NCBI RefSeq assembly: GCF_018977255.1
Contig: NW_024704742.1
Coordinates: 100,752,001-100,816,000, forward strand
Origin: Callorhinchus milii
Taxonomy: Eukaryota
DNA: 64,000 bases
Reading direction: 5' to 3'
Under the pieces are notes generated by a model. It did no database searches. It was not told where the DNA came from and saw only the letters and a program-made list of their open reading frames with translations. A program made the translations under genes and the position numbers. Position 1 is the stretch's first letter, and each line of letters opens with the position of its first letter. Below, piece after piece: positions 13,425 through 24,723 of this stretch.

Positions 13425-14045
13425 TTTTGGTCAGCCTGGTATCTTGACGTATGCAGAAAAACTAATTAACATGTTTAAAAGCCTCTAAACCGAAGTTCCA
13501 AATATGCATGCCATCCATGCATGGGAATATCCCCATGGAAATTTGAAATGGAACACAGTATCTCCCCAGAGGGAGACACCCTACTACACATAATTCTGGA
13601 GAATATTAGGCACAGGTTGGCAAGAGTTTAAGCTTAGCGACTCCAGGATCCCAGAGTGTGCGTTGGAATATTACAAATTTAATCAGCTAAAACTGCACAG
13701 CTTACCATTGCGAGCACTGTCTGGCAAGCTTCGTACTGTTTTCCCAGCTAAGACAACCCTACCCGCTATTGGTTCAGGTTACAGGGTTAACAGGAGCTGA
13801 ATGGGAAGAATTCTTGCGTCCCTGCTCTGCGCTTCAAGTCATTGTGATGAGTCAGGCTGGTGGGTCTGTCGTGAGCAGTGAGTACCCTGAAGAAATGCAG
13901 ACCCACCTGACCCAAGAACCGGATTACCGAGACCGTCAGAGGCTTCACTTGATTCCAATATTCCATTCCCAGGCAAGTTACTTTGGAGCCATCTCAGCTC
14001 CAAAACGATACCGCTCATCTCTCCCTACCCTGAGGATCGACTGGC
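13425..14045 (-). repeat. Second near-complete copy of the unclassified ~600-bp repeat
   Basis: Colinear reverse complement of 9125-9735. Confidence 0.75.
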
Positions 14046-14877
14046 CTCTCTATATCTTTGACTGCATACAGCGTGATCCAATTAGAACACAACTTGTTAT
14101 AGCATAGGTTGACTTACACCACGGGTACGTCGCAGTACCAACTGGTGGTGCTGACGGGTGTCGAGGTCCAGAAAGCAGACTCGTCAGTCACAACCACTGA
14201 CTCGGAGGTCTCTCAGGATTTGAGGTTTCATCTTAAATAATGATTTTATAAACAGTGGCATCTTTCAAGAATTTAGCAAGTCAAATAGATCAAAGACTTT
14301 TTGTTAATTTCAGCTCTCAGCTCCTTTAAAACTCAGCAGTGCATAGTATTCAGGCAACACCCTTAACGTGCATTCTGAACATCTAACCTTTTTGCAGTCA
14401 TCTCTATCATTTATGTAGTTTGGCTTCCCTTCTGCTCTTCCTGGAAATCTGAATTGTAACTCAGGTAATTGTAGTAGTCAAATATCAGCAATTATTTAAT
14501 AACTCTGCTATTTCCTGAATTCAAGCCTCCCTCCATTTAAAAAAAAATGCTTTCTCACTCTGCTTACTGCTTATGTGAAACTGAAGATATTATTAGTTCA
14601 ATCTCTCTCTTGGCTTTCATTTAAAATGTATTTTTGCTGATTTTCATAAATGTATCCAATCCTCCTGATTTATGATTATACTGATATGTTTTAAATGGCT
14701 CTTTGCATATCCTCCAGTGCCAAAGGTATACTGCTATAGGCAGTGAGACATTGACTCGAGCAGGATTTTTATTTCTTATTTCAATCACTCTTTGGGAACT
14801 GCAAAAAACATGATCACTAGGTTGTGCTAACTATCTTTCATATAATCAGGAAAAAATGTTGTTTTTGTGTGTGTGTG

Positions 14878-14905
14878 GGGGGGGGGGGGGGGGGGGAGGG
14901 GGGGA
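14878..14905. repeat. Poly-G tract
   Basis: Direct reading. Confidence 0.9.
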
Positions 14906-15539
14906 GGCGCAGGGGGGAAGGAAATGGATCCATTGATTCACATTTACATAGAAAGTGGCGTTGATTAATAGGATAGGGTATATTTTAACCCAGAATTGCT
15001 ACAAAAGATGCAGCACAATCACTGCATCAGTCCTAAAGTCTGCCTTCAAGTTCCATTTTTCTTTTCAAAAAAGAGGTAGCAACATTTGGTTATAATTGGC
15101 ATTGGGATAAACTGTCGCCAAACATTATCATCTGTTCTGTTGTTGTTATTGTGGTGCATTTTTGTTGTGTGTCTGCCATGCAATTCCCTCTGGTGCATAG
15201 AAGCCCAACACAGCCTGTTCTGATTGTGAATAATAAGACCAGTCATTCTTCTGTAGAGTGATACTCATGCCAATTTTTAACAGAGGAGCTGGCCAGACGT
15301 TTTCATGTGGCACGATCAACCAAACTGGAGGCAGGAATTGGACAATGTACTACTTTTCCAACATATTCTGCTGATGTATACTCAATTTACAGTTAACATT
15401 TATATATTCACATAGGGAGGATATCTCACTTCACCCAGCTGATAGGAAGCATGAGTTGGGGGGGAGGGGTGGGGTAGGAGGGGGAAACATAAAGATGGCC
15501 GAAAGAATATCATAACTATAGGGCTTAAGGCAGGCCACC

Positions 15540-15875
15540 TTACATCCCTCCACCGATTCGCCCACCTAATTTCTGCAGCCTCCTTTAACCCTACTGATCT
15601 GGACACTCCCTTTGCCTGCTTCATCTTTGCCATGTCTGCCCCACTATTGGTGAAGGGTTTCAAACGTGCTGTCCCCGTTCTCTGGAATTGTATTTCGGAA
15701 TCTCTCTTATTCGCTCCCTAACCTCTTTCAAAGCACGTCCCAAAACATACCTCTTTGACATTGCTTTCTTCTCTAGCCCACCCCACCCCCACCTTGGCTC
15801 CCCCGCTCCAGCTGTGAAGCACTTTTGAGATATCTGCAGTGAGGAGGGCTATACAAATGTACACTGTATTGCATT
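15540..15875 (+). mobile_element. Old L2 LINE 3' fragment
   Basis: ctctggaat..ttcaaagcacgtcccaaaacatacctctttgac..tgtgaagcacttttgaga..gctatacaaatgta pattern shared with other L2 ends. Confidence 0.7.
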
Positions 15876-16104
15876 AAAGGATGGTAGAAAGGGAATAAGA
15901 TGGACAGACTCCACAATGGGCTCCCAGAGGGGGAGGCAAAGTGGTGAAAGCTCTTAGGCTTATAATTTATAATTCAAACTGATCTCACTTCACAATCAGC
16001 AACAGTGGAAACTGGATCTGAAAGCAGAGAAAGGATGTGTGTAAGTACCTTGGAACATTCTCCCGATATGAAAGGTACTGTGTAAATGAAATTTGTTGTT
16101 GCTG

Positions 16105-16119
16105 CTGCCACCTATTGGA
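16105..16119 (-). promoter_or_regulatory. Candidate CTCF site
   Basis: Minus strand TCCAATAGGTGGCAG resembles the CTCF core consensus; motif only. Confidence 0.4.
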
Positions 16120-17754
16120 GGTTAAGTATTGCCGGTGATAGTTTTGAAATGCTGCAATCTTCACCCCAGAGCGAAGAAGAAAAATGAATCAGTGTAACAC
16201 ACACACACACAATATGAATGGACAAATCCTTGAAACTAATGAAAAAAAAGTTTCAAAATGTGAACACAGACAGTCACCCATCCAATGTTGCGCAAGGAAG
16301 ACGTTTTGATGGCAATTTACAACAATTTAATAAGGTAACAAAGTATCAGTAATGCTAATAAAGTACTATTAACTCAGCCGCTTTACTTATAAAATAACCA
16401 CATTTATCAAAGTAAAATTGTTTCAATATGCCCCTAATCACACTTATCAAGATAAAATACGGGGAAGGAAACATGAATTTTATATCTCAATATAACGGAT
16501 CATAAATTCACAGGTTAGTAATGATGCAGCTGCAGGCAATAAGTTCATAGTTATGTTTGCGGCATGATATCATTAACATTAATGACAATGGAATAAGTAA
16601 TTGTGGGAGGGGACACAGGCAGGCGTCTGACATTTGCAGAAGCCCATCACTACACTTACGAGTAACCAAACCAATTACTGAGAATTCCACACATGTATGG
16701 AAATCTCCATCGGTCTATAGGTTCTTTTTAAGAATTTTCTGCAATCTTAAACATTTAAGACAAAATGGGTTTACAGGCTAAGACTAGGTAGAATTTTGGC
16801 CCTTGGATGTTGGGTTGGATAACAATTTGGAGCTTGTGCTGCTCACACAACTGTTCACAGGAATGTTTCTAGTGGAGGGCACTAAAAATGTCAGTTCTTT
16901 CTCCAAAGTGCATGGGATGGTCTCATTCTACCAAACATCCTACACTTGTGGCTTTCCTAAGAACAGATTAAACAAGGAGCGGTCAATTATAATGTTAACC
17001 ATCAATCATTGCGTTCAAGTATTGCTATTGCAACAAGCTTTTGAATGGAGAGCCAAATTAAAGAGTCTATCGCACCATACAAGGTTTAAAATAATTATAC
17101 GCATGCACAGAGTACATCGCATGTCAAAGATTGCACAAGTAATAGTTTATTAATTACCAGAAAAAGCAAACTGAAAGATTGAATTGAAAGTCATCCCAAC
17201 TGTACCTGGTTCAAGCAAAGTTATGTCACGTGTCATCCTAAAAAAGTTCAGTTGTGAAAAAGCTCAATCCAGACTAAATAAAATCCAAAATTTTATTTTT
17301 TGTAAAAACAATAAAGACTTGCAATTTAGATGCTAATAATGCCCTTGACAAGCTGACAGAATAGCAGTTACACACCCTGATTAAATTGCATGAATATCTG
17401 GTTGGCGTAACCTAGAAGTTAGCTTTCTGGAAAAAGCTTTCAGAATTGTTGAATCACTCATCAAAAAGGCCTTCATAATACAATATTCTAATTCCAGGTT
17501 GGTCTAGGAAATTGGCATCACTTTGTCTGCTATGTTTAGCCTCGTCTATCCACCAGGATCAACTTCTTGGTCCAGTGTTCAAAATTTTAAAAAAAGGAAC
17601 AAAAGTCTATTAGTTAACAACAGCAACTTGCACTTATATAGTGCCTTCCATTAAGGGCAGCATGTCATAGAGCAGGAGGCCTGTATATATGTACATTTCA
17701 CAATGTATCACATTTTATTCTGATCCGATGGGTGCATCCTCATGTTGAGATAAA

Positions 17755-18122
17755 CAACAACAACAAGATTTCATTTATAGAGCGCCTTTCACGTCGGGAG
17801 GACGTCCCAAGGCGCTGGACAGTTGGGTCAGGACCCGAGCAGGGGGTAAACGGTCAGGGTGAGGGGAGGGAAGGGAGGGAGCGAGGAGGGGTAGAGAGTC
17901 GAGAGGGGAGCTGAAGGCTCGGTCAAAGAGAAAGGTCTTGAGACCGGCCTTGAAGGAGGAAAGGGAGGAAGCGGCGAAGGCACTGGGGGATGGAGTTCCA
18001 GAGCCTCGGGGCTGAAGGCCCGGCCACCGATGGTAGGGCGGTTGGGGCGGGGGATGTGGAGCAGACCGGAGCCAGAGGAACGGAGGGTATGGGCAGGTAA
18101 GTAGGGGGATAGTAGGTCGGAG
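17755..18122 (-). mobile_element. Young L2 LINE 3' end
   Basis: (AAC)n tail, gcgcctttcacgtcgggaggacgtcccaaggcgc terminus, APRLWNSIP motif; near-identical to 21708-22085. Confidence 0.9.
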
Positions 18123-19267
18123 ACACCGACCTAGATAAGCTGAATGGCCTATCTCTGTGCTGCATCATTGTATGTAACAATTTTTTCAATCAGGACATTT
18201 ATCTCCAACACAGAGACTTCCAAAACAAAACAAACATGATCTCCACAGTAGTCTCCATAGAACATTCAATGCATAGTTTAAATAAGTGTGAAGTATCGAT
18301 TGGAGACTCACCTCAGCACTTATCTCTAAGTCTCAAAATGAAGACATATCAGTAACTTAATCGGTTTCATTAGATTTGCACAAAATTCTAAAGCCAAATG
18401 CTGAGTTAAATGGTTTCTTCTAAATAAACATGGTTTTGTTGAGAACAAAGTCATAAACGGGGGGGGATGGGGAAAAAAATCAGACCATACAGGACCGGAA
18501 AAGACCATCTGGCTGATCCCAAAGTTTTAAAAAAAAACACACTCTGCTATCTCTCATAACTTCATACAGCGGAAACGCTATGCTTAGTTTATGCTGCTTT
18601 ATGCAAATTGGAGTCCAAAAACCTGATTTATTCTTCCTGTTTCAAAATCACAGTTGCTAGAGTTGAGGAGAGCACTTTGCACAAAGTACAGTACTAAGTG
18701 CATGTGCAGAACTCCACTGACCGGTGTCAAATTTGTGGGGTGCCAAAGATATTAATCAGAAAAAGGAACTGCCTGTATATTATTGCACAAGGAGCATTAT
18801 GAATCAGTGTAGAAAAGGTCAGCAGAGAACAACCTTTCCAAAGAGAATCCACCCCTCTCAGATGTGGTAGACCATAAAGAAAACCAAAGGAGAATTTAGT
18901 AAACCCAGAGGAAGAAAGTATGGAGCAAAAACAGGTCTCAGACTGAGTTAAGTCCTGCAATAGAAATGCAAAACCAGATGTTACTTGACTTGGAATAAGA
19001 TAAGTCCAAGTGATATTGTGAAACGAGAAGAATCCTGAGATCTTCCTCCCTTTTTATTTCAGATCTCAAAATGAGAAAGATTCTACTGAAGCACTGCTGA
19101 CCCATGATAGGATGGATCCTTGTCAACTGGAGCAATTCTTTATTCAAGAATTACCTTCCATCACTGTTAGAATTCACTGTCATACTTTTTTGCAGCAGTT
19201 AAAGACAAGTTTCTTTGCTTGTCGAAAATGTACCTTGACAGGAGGCAGTAAGTCATTGCTGCTGAAA

Positions 19268-20045
19268 CAATAATAATAATCCTTGCATTTGATATTGCAC
19301 ACGTTATTACGTCTTCGAGACGTCTCAAAGCGCTTTACAGAATATACTGTAAAGCTATTTTGGATTGAATTTCCAGCTGCAACTTCGTATTATTTAGCAA
19401 AAACAGAAGTCGCTGGGAAAACTCAGGAGGTCAGGCAGCATCTATGGAGAAGGGAAAGTGAGTCATTGTTTCGGGTCCACAACCCTTCATCAGAACTGGG
19501 GCATGTTGGTAGTGAGAGGCTTTTAAGAGCTAAGAGAGAGGGGAGAGGCAAGGAAGACAAAAGAGAAAATGCTCCCTATTATTTAGCAATGTGTCTTCTA
19601 AAATGGTTAACTAAACTAAGTGCTAATTTTATTTACACCAGAATGCTTTCTTGTTTTATGCCCCAAGTGTTCAGTTGGGATTGAAGTTTGCAGGCATTGG
19701 GTTTTAAGTTTGATATCTACTGTACTATCATTGTGGAGTCCTGTAAATCAATGGTTAAAGCACTCGCCTCGCAAGTGAGACCTGGGTTCAATTCCTGGCA
19801 GAGTGAAACGCGGTCGCCAATTGCACACAGCAGTGTCCCACAGGCAGTCATAGAATGAAGTGACCAATTTATTACTATTATTTTTTTGAAGGAATTATTA
19901 CTCGGAAAAGCAAACCGCCAATTGACAAACAACCGGGTTCCTATTTACTGCTAAGTAAACAGAGGCATGTGGAGTAAGGAAAATTGCCCATTATTTCACC
20001 CTGCCAGATGAGTGCTCTAACCACTGACTAACAGGACTCCACAAT
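19268..20045 (-). mobile_element. tRNA/Deu SINE split in two (tail 19268-19354; body and head 19802-20045) by an inverted duplication
   Basis: Tail stops at ..atactgtaaag; body resumes at gtgaaacgcggtcgccaattgcacacagc and ends at caggactccac. Confidence 0.8.
19401..19576 (-). mobile_element. Penelope terminal-repeat fragment with 13-bp target duplication; mirrored at ~20200-20370
   Basis: Matches 23130-23310; tattatttagcaa at 19388-19400 and 19577-19589. Confidence 0.85.
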
Positions 20046-20271
20046 GACAGTACAGTACATACCAAACTTAAAACCCAACTCCAGCAAACTTCAATCCACC
20101 ACTTGGGGGGTAAAACAAGAAAGCATTCTGGTGTGAATAAAATTAGCACTTAGTTTAGTTAACCATTTTAGAAGACACATTGCTGATTAACAGGGACCAT
20201 TTTCTCTTTTGTCTTCCTTGCCTCTCCCCTCTCTCTTAGCTCTTAAAAGCCTCTCACTACCAACATGCCCC

Positions 20272-20308
20272 AGTTCTGATGAAGGGTTGTGCACCCGAAA
20301 CATTGACT
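20272..20308 (+). ncRNA. Minimal type I hammerhead ribozyme-like motif in a Penelope repeat (mirror copy on minus strand at ~19461-19497)
   Basis: agtt-CTGATGA-a-gggt-tgtgc-accc-GAAA-ca-tt-gact: intact core boxes and stem II; stem III palindrome decayed (CG>CA). Confidence 0.6.
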
Positions 20309-20524
20309 CACTTTCCTTTCTCTATAGATGCTGCCTGACCTGCTGAGATTCCCAGCGACTTCTGCTTTTGCTAAATAATACGAAGTTGCAGCTGGAAATC
20401 CAATCCAAAATAGATTCCAAAGCAAAAGAAAAGACAGAAACAGCAAAGCTGATGAAACAAGCACAGATTCTACTGAGTACAGCAGACATTGAGCTACAGC
20501 AATGATCTTAAAGGGGGGTTGTCC

Positions 20525-20760
20525 TGTATTTCAGCTTCTCCTCCCCCACCCTTTGAAACTCCATCCCACATTCCCTTCACCTCGCTCCCTCCCTTGCCTC
20601 CTTCGAGGCACGTCTCAAGACCCTCCTCTTCAACTGCACCTTTGGCTACTCTCCTGCCCTCCACCCTCCCCGATCCCAACTCCTCCCACATCCCTGAATG
20701 TCCAAAGCCTTGGGACGTCCACCCGCCATGAAAGGCGCTTTACAAATGTAATTTTGTAAT
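20525..20760 (+). mobile_element. L2 LINE 3' fragment
   Basis: tctcaagaccctcctcttcaac..ccttgggacgtccacccgccatgaaaggcgctttacaaatg. Confidence 0.8.
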
Positions 20761-21707
20761 GTATTGCATTCTTCCACCCCACTCATCACTAACACAAACT
20801 TCATTGCAAATGGATAGACAAGGTAACTGAGAAGGTTTGTCCCCTTTCCACAAGTTCTGTGAAACATGAGGACTTAAATAATATGCCTTCAATGATAAGG
20901 ATCAATAATAAGGATTGAACCGGTTGGAAATTAGATATGAATATCTCTGAAAACTTTTAGTAAATTTCACCAATTCAACATATTGTAGCAAGTCTGGAGC
21001 AATATATGGCTCCCATTGCTACTCCCAAACACAAACAATAAAACCTGTAAAATGTTTTGCTTGAACAATCTTCTCTTGCAGGGTCCTTCCAACTGAATTC
21101 ATTGCTATTTTTCTATCCAGCCTTCCATTCCTTCCCCACCTCATCTCACAATACATCTGGTAGATTGTACCAGATTATATTCCCTTGCTTTTTTCTATTC
21201 CCATTAGTTTCTGCCACAATAAACTCTTCAAAGACAATAGTTTTCTTTGCTGGTACCAATGATCATCTGCTCGTCTTTCTGTAACCATTTCCAGCCAGAC
21301 TGGAGTCTGTCTGCAAGTCAGTAGCCAAGAATGGGAGTAAGACAGAGACAACATGTAGGATGAAAGCATGGAAATTTGAGAGCGGGTTTGGGGAGGATGG
21401 ATAAAAGAAATGCTAACCACTCAGTAATGAAATTAAAAGGGATGCGCAGCATGAAGGAAAAAAAGGACACGTTTGGGGAGGGATGAAATCAACTATACAA
21501 GTGAAATTCCCAACTGCTGTACAACAACAAAATTACATTTAGATAGCGCCCTTCACGTTGGGAGGACGTCCCAAGGCACTGTAAGCGGAACAATAAAAAC
21601 ATCAATAGAAACATAAAAACATCTCACAACTTTCAATTACAAAAAATGAAAGTGGACTTTTTGAAAAGTGTAGCTGTTATTTCAGACGCCGTGATTTTTG
21701 TGTATTA

Positions 21708-22158
21708 CAACAACAACAAGATTGCATTTATAGAGCGCCTTTCACGTCGGGAGGACGTCCCAAGGCGCTGGACAGTTGGGTCAGGACCCGAGCAGGGGGT
21801 AAACGGTCAGGGTGAGGGGAGGGAAGGGAGGGAGCGAGGAGGGGGAAGAGAGTTGAGAGGGGAGCTGAAGGCACGGTCAAAGAGAAAGGTCTTGAGACCG
21901 GCCTTGAAGGAGGAAAGGGAGGAGGCGGCGAAGGCACTGGGGGATAGAGTTCCAGAGCCTCGGGGCTGAGAGGCTGAAGGCCCGGCCACCGATGGTAGGG
22001 CGGTTAGGGCGGGGGACGTGGAGCAGACCAGAGCCAGAGGAATGGAGGGTACGGGCAGGTACGTGGGGGGATAGTCGGTCGGAGAGGTCGGAGGGTGCAA
22101 GGCCGTGAATGGCCTTGTAGGTGAGGATGAGGATTTTGAATTCGATCCTCTGGGGGAT
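21708..22158 (-). mobile_element. Young L2 LINE 3' end
   Basis: SFKAGLKTFLFDRAF motif, (AAC)n tail; near-identical to 17755-18122. Confidence 0.92.
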
Positions 22159-24020
22159 CAGACTATTAGACAGGATTCAGTGGAGTTGTCGACATGAGTC
22201 TCCATTTGCCATTCAGCGAAGACTCATGTCAACAACTTGTGAATTTAATCCCCATACGATAATTGCTGAGTATCAAAAGATCTTGGGATATTGTAGTGCA
22301 GATGGGGGAATTCACACATTTCTCACAGTCAATTCACCTGTTCCAACAATTGTTATCTTTCACTGCATGGCTTCATTTCTAAAAGCAGTTTCCAAGTCCA
22401 CAGCAAAAAAAAGGGCAGCTCAGTCTTCTCCCCCCCCCCCCCCCCCCCACCTCCCCCTTTACTGGGCATATGACCATGACTTTGTAAACAACAACAACAA
22501 CAAAATTACACTGTATCGTGCCTTTCATGTCAGGAGGATGTCCCAAGGCATTCTGAAGCATTCTGCATTGTTATCCGACGTGAAGCATGCAATATAAATG
22601 CAACGTCTTGTTGAAAGGCAAGTTCAAAATGTAACTCCACTGAGGATGGAGTTTAGGGTTCAAAACTTCAATTTCTATAGCACCACATTGTGTCAAAAAG
22701 CTTCACGAATAATTACTGGCAAGTGTAATGACTCTATTTAAAATGACAGCCATTTGCATCAGCAAGGTACCACAAACTGCCATAAGGTGTCCAACTAATT
22801 AATATGAAATATTATTGGCCAGGACACCGTGGGAGAAACTATTCTGTTTTCAAAGTGTTCTGTGACATTGGTATGAAACTGTGGTGACCAACCTGTGGCT
22901 CGCAGGCCTTTAAGAAGTGCCCCCCCCACCCCACCACCACCCGAATATTCATACAAGTCTAGATAAGTCAATGTTCGGTCTTTAGTGTGTGTTTTCTGTG
23001 TTTTTCTAATTGAATATTTCTTAATTTGTAGTATAAATCAAGAGATATTCAATTGAGAAAATTTATTTTGTTGGCCAACCATAAAGATTGGTACAAAACA
23101 CAAAATACTGCAGATGCTGGAATCTGAAACAAAAACCGAGAGAGCTGGGAAAACTCAGCAGGTCAGGCAGCATCTATGGAGAAAGGAAAGTGAGTCAACG
23201 TTTCAGGTCCACGACCCTTCGTTAGAACTGAGGCATGTTGGAAGGGAGAGGTTTTTAAGGACACGTTGAGAGGGGGAAGCAGGACAAGGACGACAAAAAA
23301 AAGAGAGAAGACAAATGTGAGTTAGAAGCATTTATAAATTTTGCTTCCACCTTCTTACCTCTCCATAAAATTCACATGGACCATCTCTGACTTTTCCCTT
23401 CCTCGACTTCACTATCTCCACGTCAGGTAACAGACTATCCACAGACATTTTCTACAAGCCCACCAACTCCCATAGCTACCCTGATTACACCTCATCCCAT
23501 CCGTCCCCCTGCAAAGACGCCATTCCATTTTTCCAGTTCCTCCGCCTCCGCCACATCTGCTCCGACAATGCAACCTTTCACGCCAGAGCAACTGACATGT
23601 CCTCATTTTTCCTCGACCGAGGATTCCCATCAACAGTAACAGCTAAGGCCCTTGACCGTGTCTGCCCTATTTCCCACACCTCTGCCCTCACCCCTTCAGC
23701 CCCCATCCCGGAACTGGGATAGGATGCTCTTAGTCCTCACCTACCACCCCACCAGCCTCAAGATTCAGCACATCATCCTCCAAAAGTTCTGGCACCTCCA
23801 GTGTAACTCATCCACCAAACACATATTTCCCTCCCCTCCGCTCTCCGCATTGCAAAGGGATCGCTCCCTCCGGGATTCCTTAGTTAATTCCGTTGTCAGT
23901 GCTACCAGCTGTTCTCCTTCCCCTGGCACCTTCCCATGCCAGCGCAGGAGATGTAATACCTCGCCTTTCACCTCCTCCCAGACCACTATCCAAGGCCCCA
24001 AACACAGGTTCCATGTAAGA

Positions 24021-24074
24021 CAACAACAACAACATTCCATTTATAGAGCGCCTTTCACGTCGGGAGGACGTCCC
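24021..24074 (-). mobile_element. L2 tail-only insertion inside the Penelope ORF
   Basis: (AAC)n plus tttatagagcgcctttcacgtcgggaggacgtccc, with aagaca on both sides. Confidence 0.85.
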
Positions 24075-24686
24075 AAGACAGCAGTTTACATGTACTACCA
24101 CCAATGTAGTCTACTGTATCCGCTGCTCACGGTATGGTCTCCTCTATATCGGGGAGACTAAGCGCAGATTGGGTGACCGATTTGCAGAACACCTCCGTTC
24201 TGTACGCAAGGTCAACCCTGATCTTCCGGTCTCCTGCCATTTCAACTCACACTCCCATTCACTGTCTGACCTCTCCATCCATGGTCTCCTACGCTGTTCC
24301 AGGTGATCCACAGTGAAAGCTTGAGGAACAACATCTTATCTATCTGCTAGGGACCTTAAAGCCCTCTGGCCTCAATACCGATTTCAGCCACTTCAGACTG
24401 TAACAGCTCACCCACAAGAGCTATCTTCTGTTATCACTACAATCATCACCCCAGACACTCTGGTGTGTTGCCTGTTCTGCAGAATTAACACTCTTCTCCC
24501 AGTTTTGTTTCAACACCCCCCACCCTTTTGTTAAAAAAATACCCTTTTGTTTTATGCCATTATCACCTCTTTAACCCATCAACGAATACATTCTCTCCTT
24601 TGTCTTCTCTCTCTTTTTTTTGGCTTTTTTCGTCTTTGTCCCCTTCTCAACTTGGCCTTGAAAACCTCTTCCTCCCAACATACCCC

Positions 24687-24723
24687 AGTTCTGACGAACG
24701 GTCGTGGACCCGAAACGTTGACT
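24687..24723 (+). ncRNA. Minimal type I hammerhead ribozyme motif in the Penelope 3' repeat
   Basis: agtt-CTGACGA-a-cggtc-gtg-gaccc-GAAA-cg-tt-gact: conserved core, stem II ggtc/gacc, stem I agtt/gact, palindromic AACGTT in place of stem III; Penelope elements are known to carry such motifs. Confidence 0.7.

Larger units (their letters stand above)
19355..20413. repeat. Long inverted repeat, arms 19355-19765 and 20010-20413
   Basis: Arms are reverse complements across unique AT-rich sequence, a Penelope fragment and a SINE head. Confidence 0.93.

Noticed and set aside
14140..14230. CTGACGA and GAAAC on the minus strand as a hammerhead
   Set aside because: The helices and NUH site do not line up in any hammerhead topology
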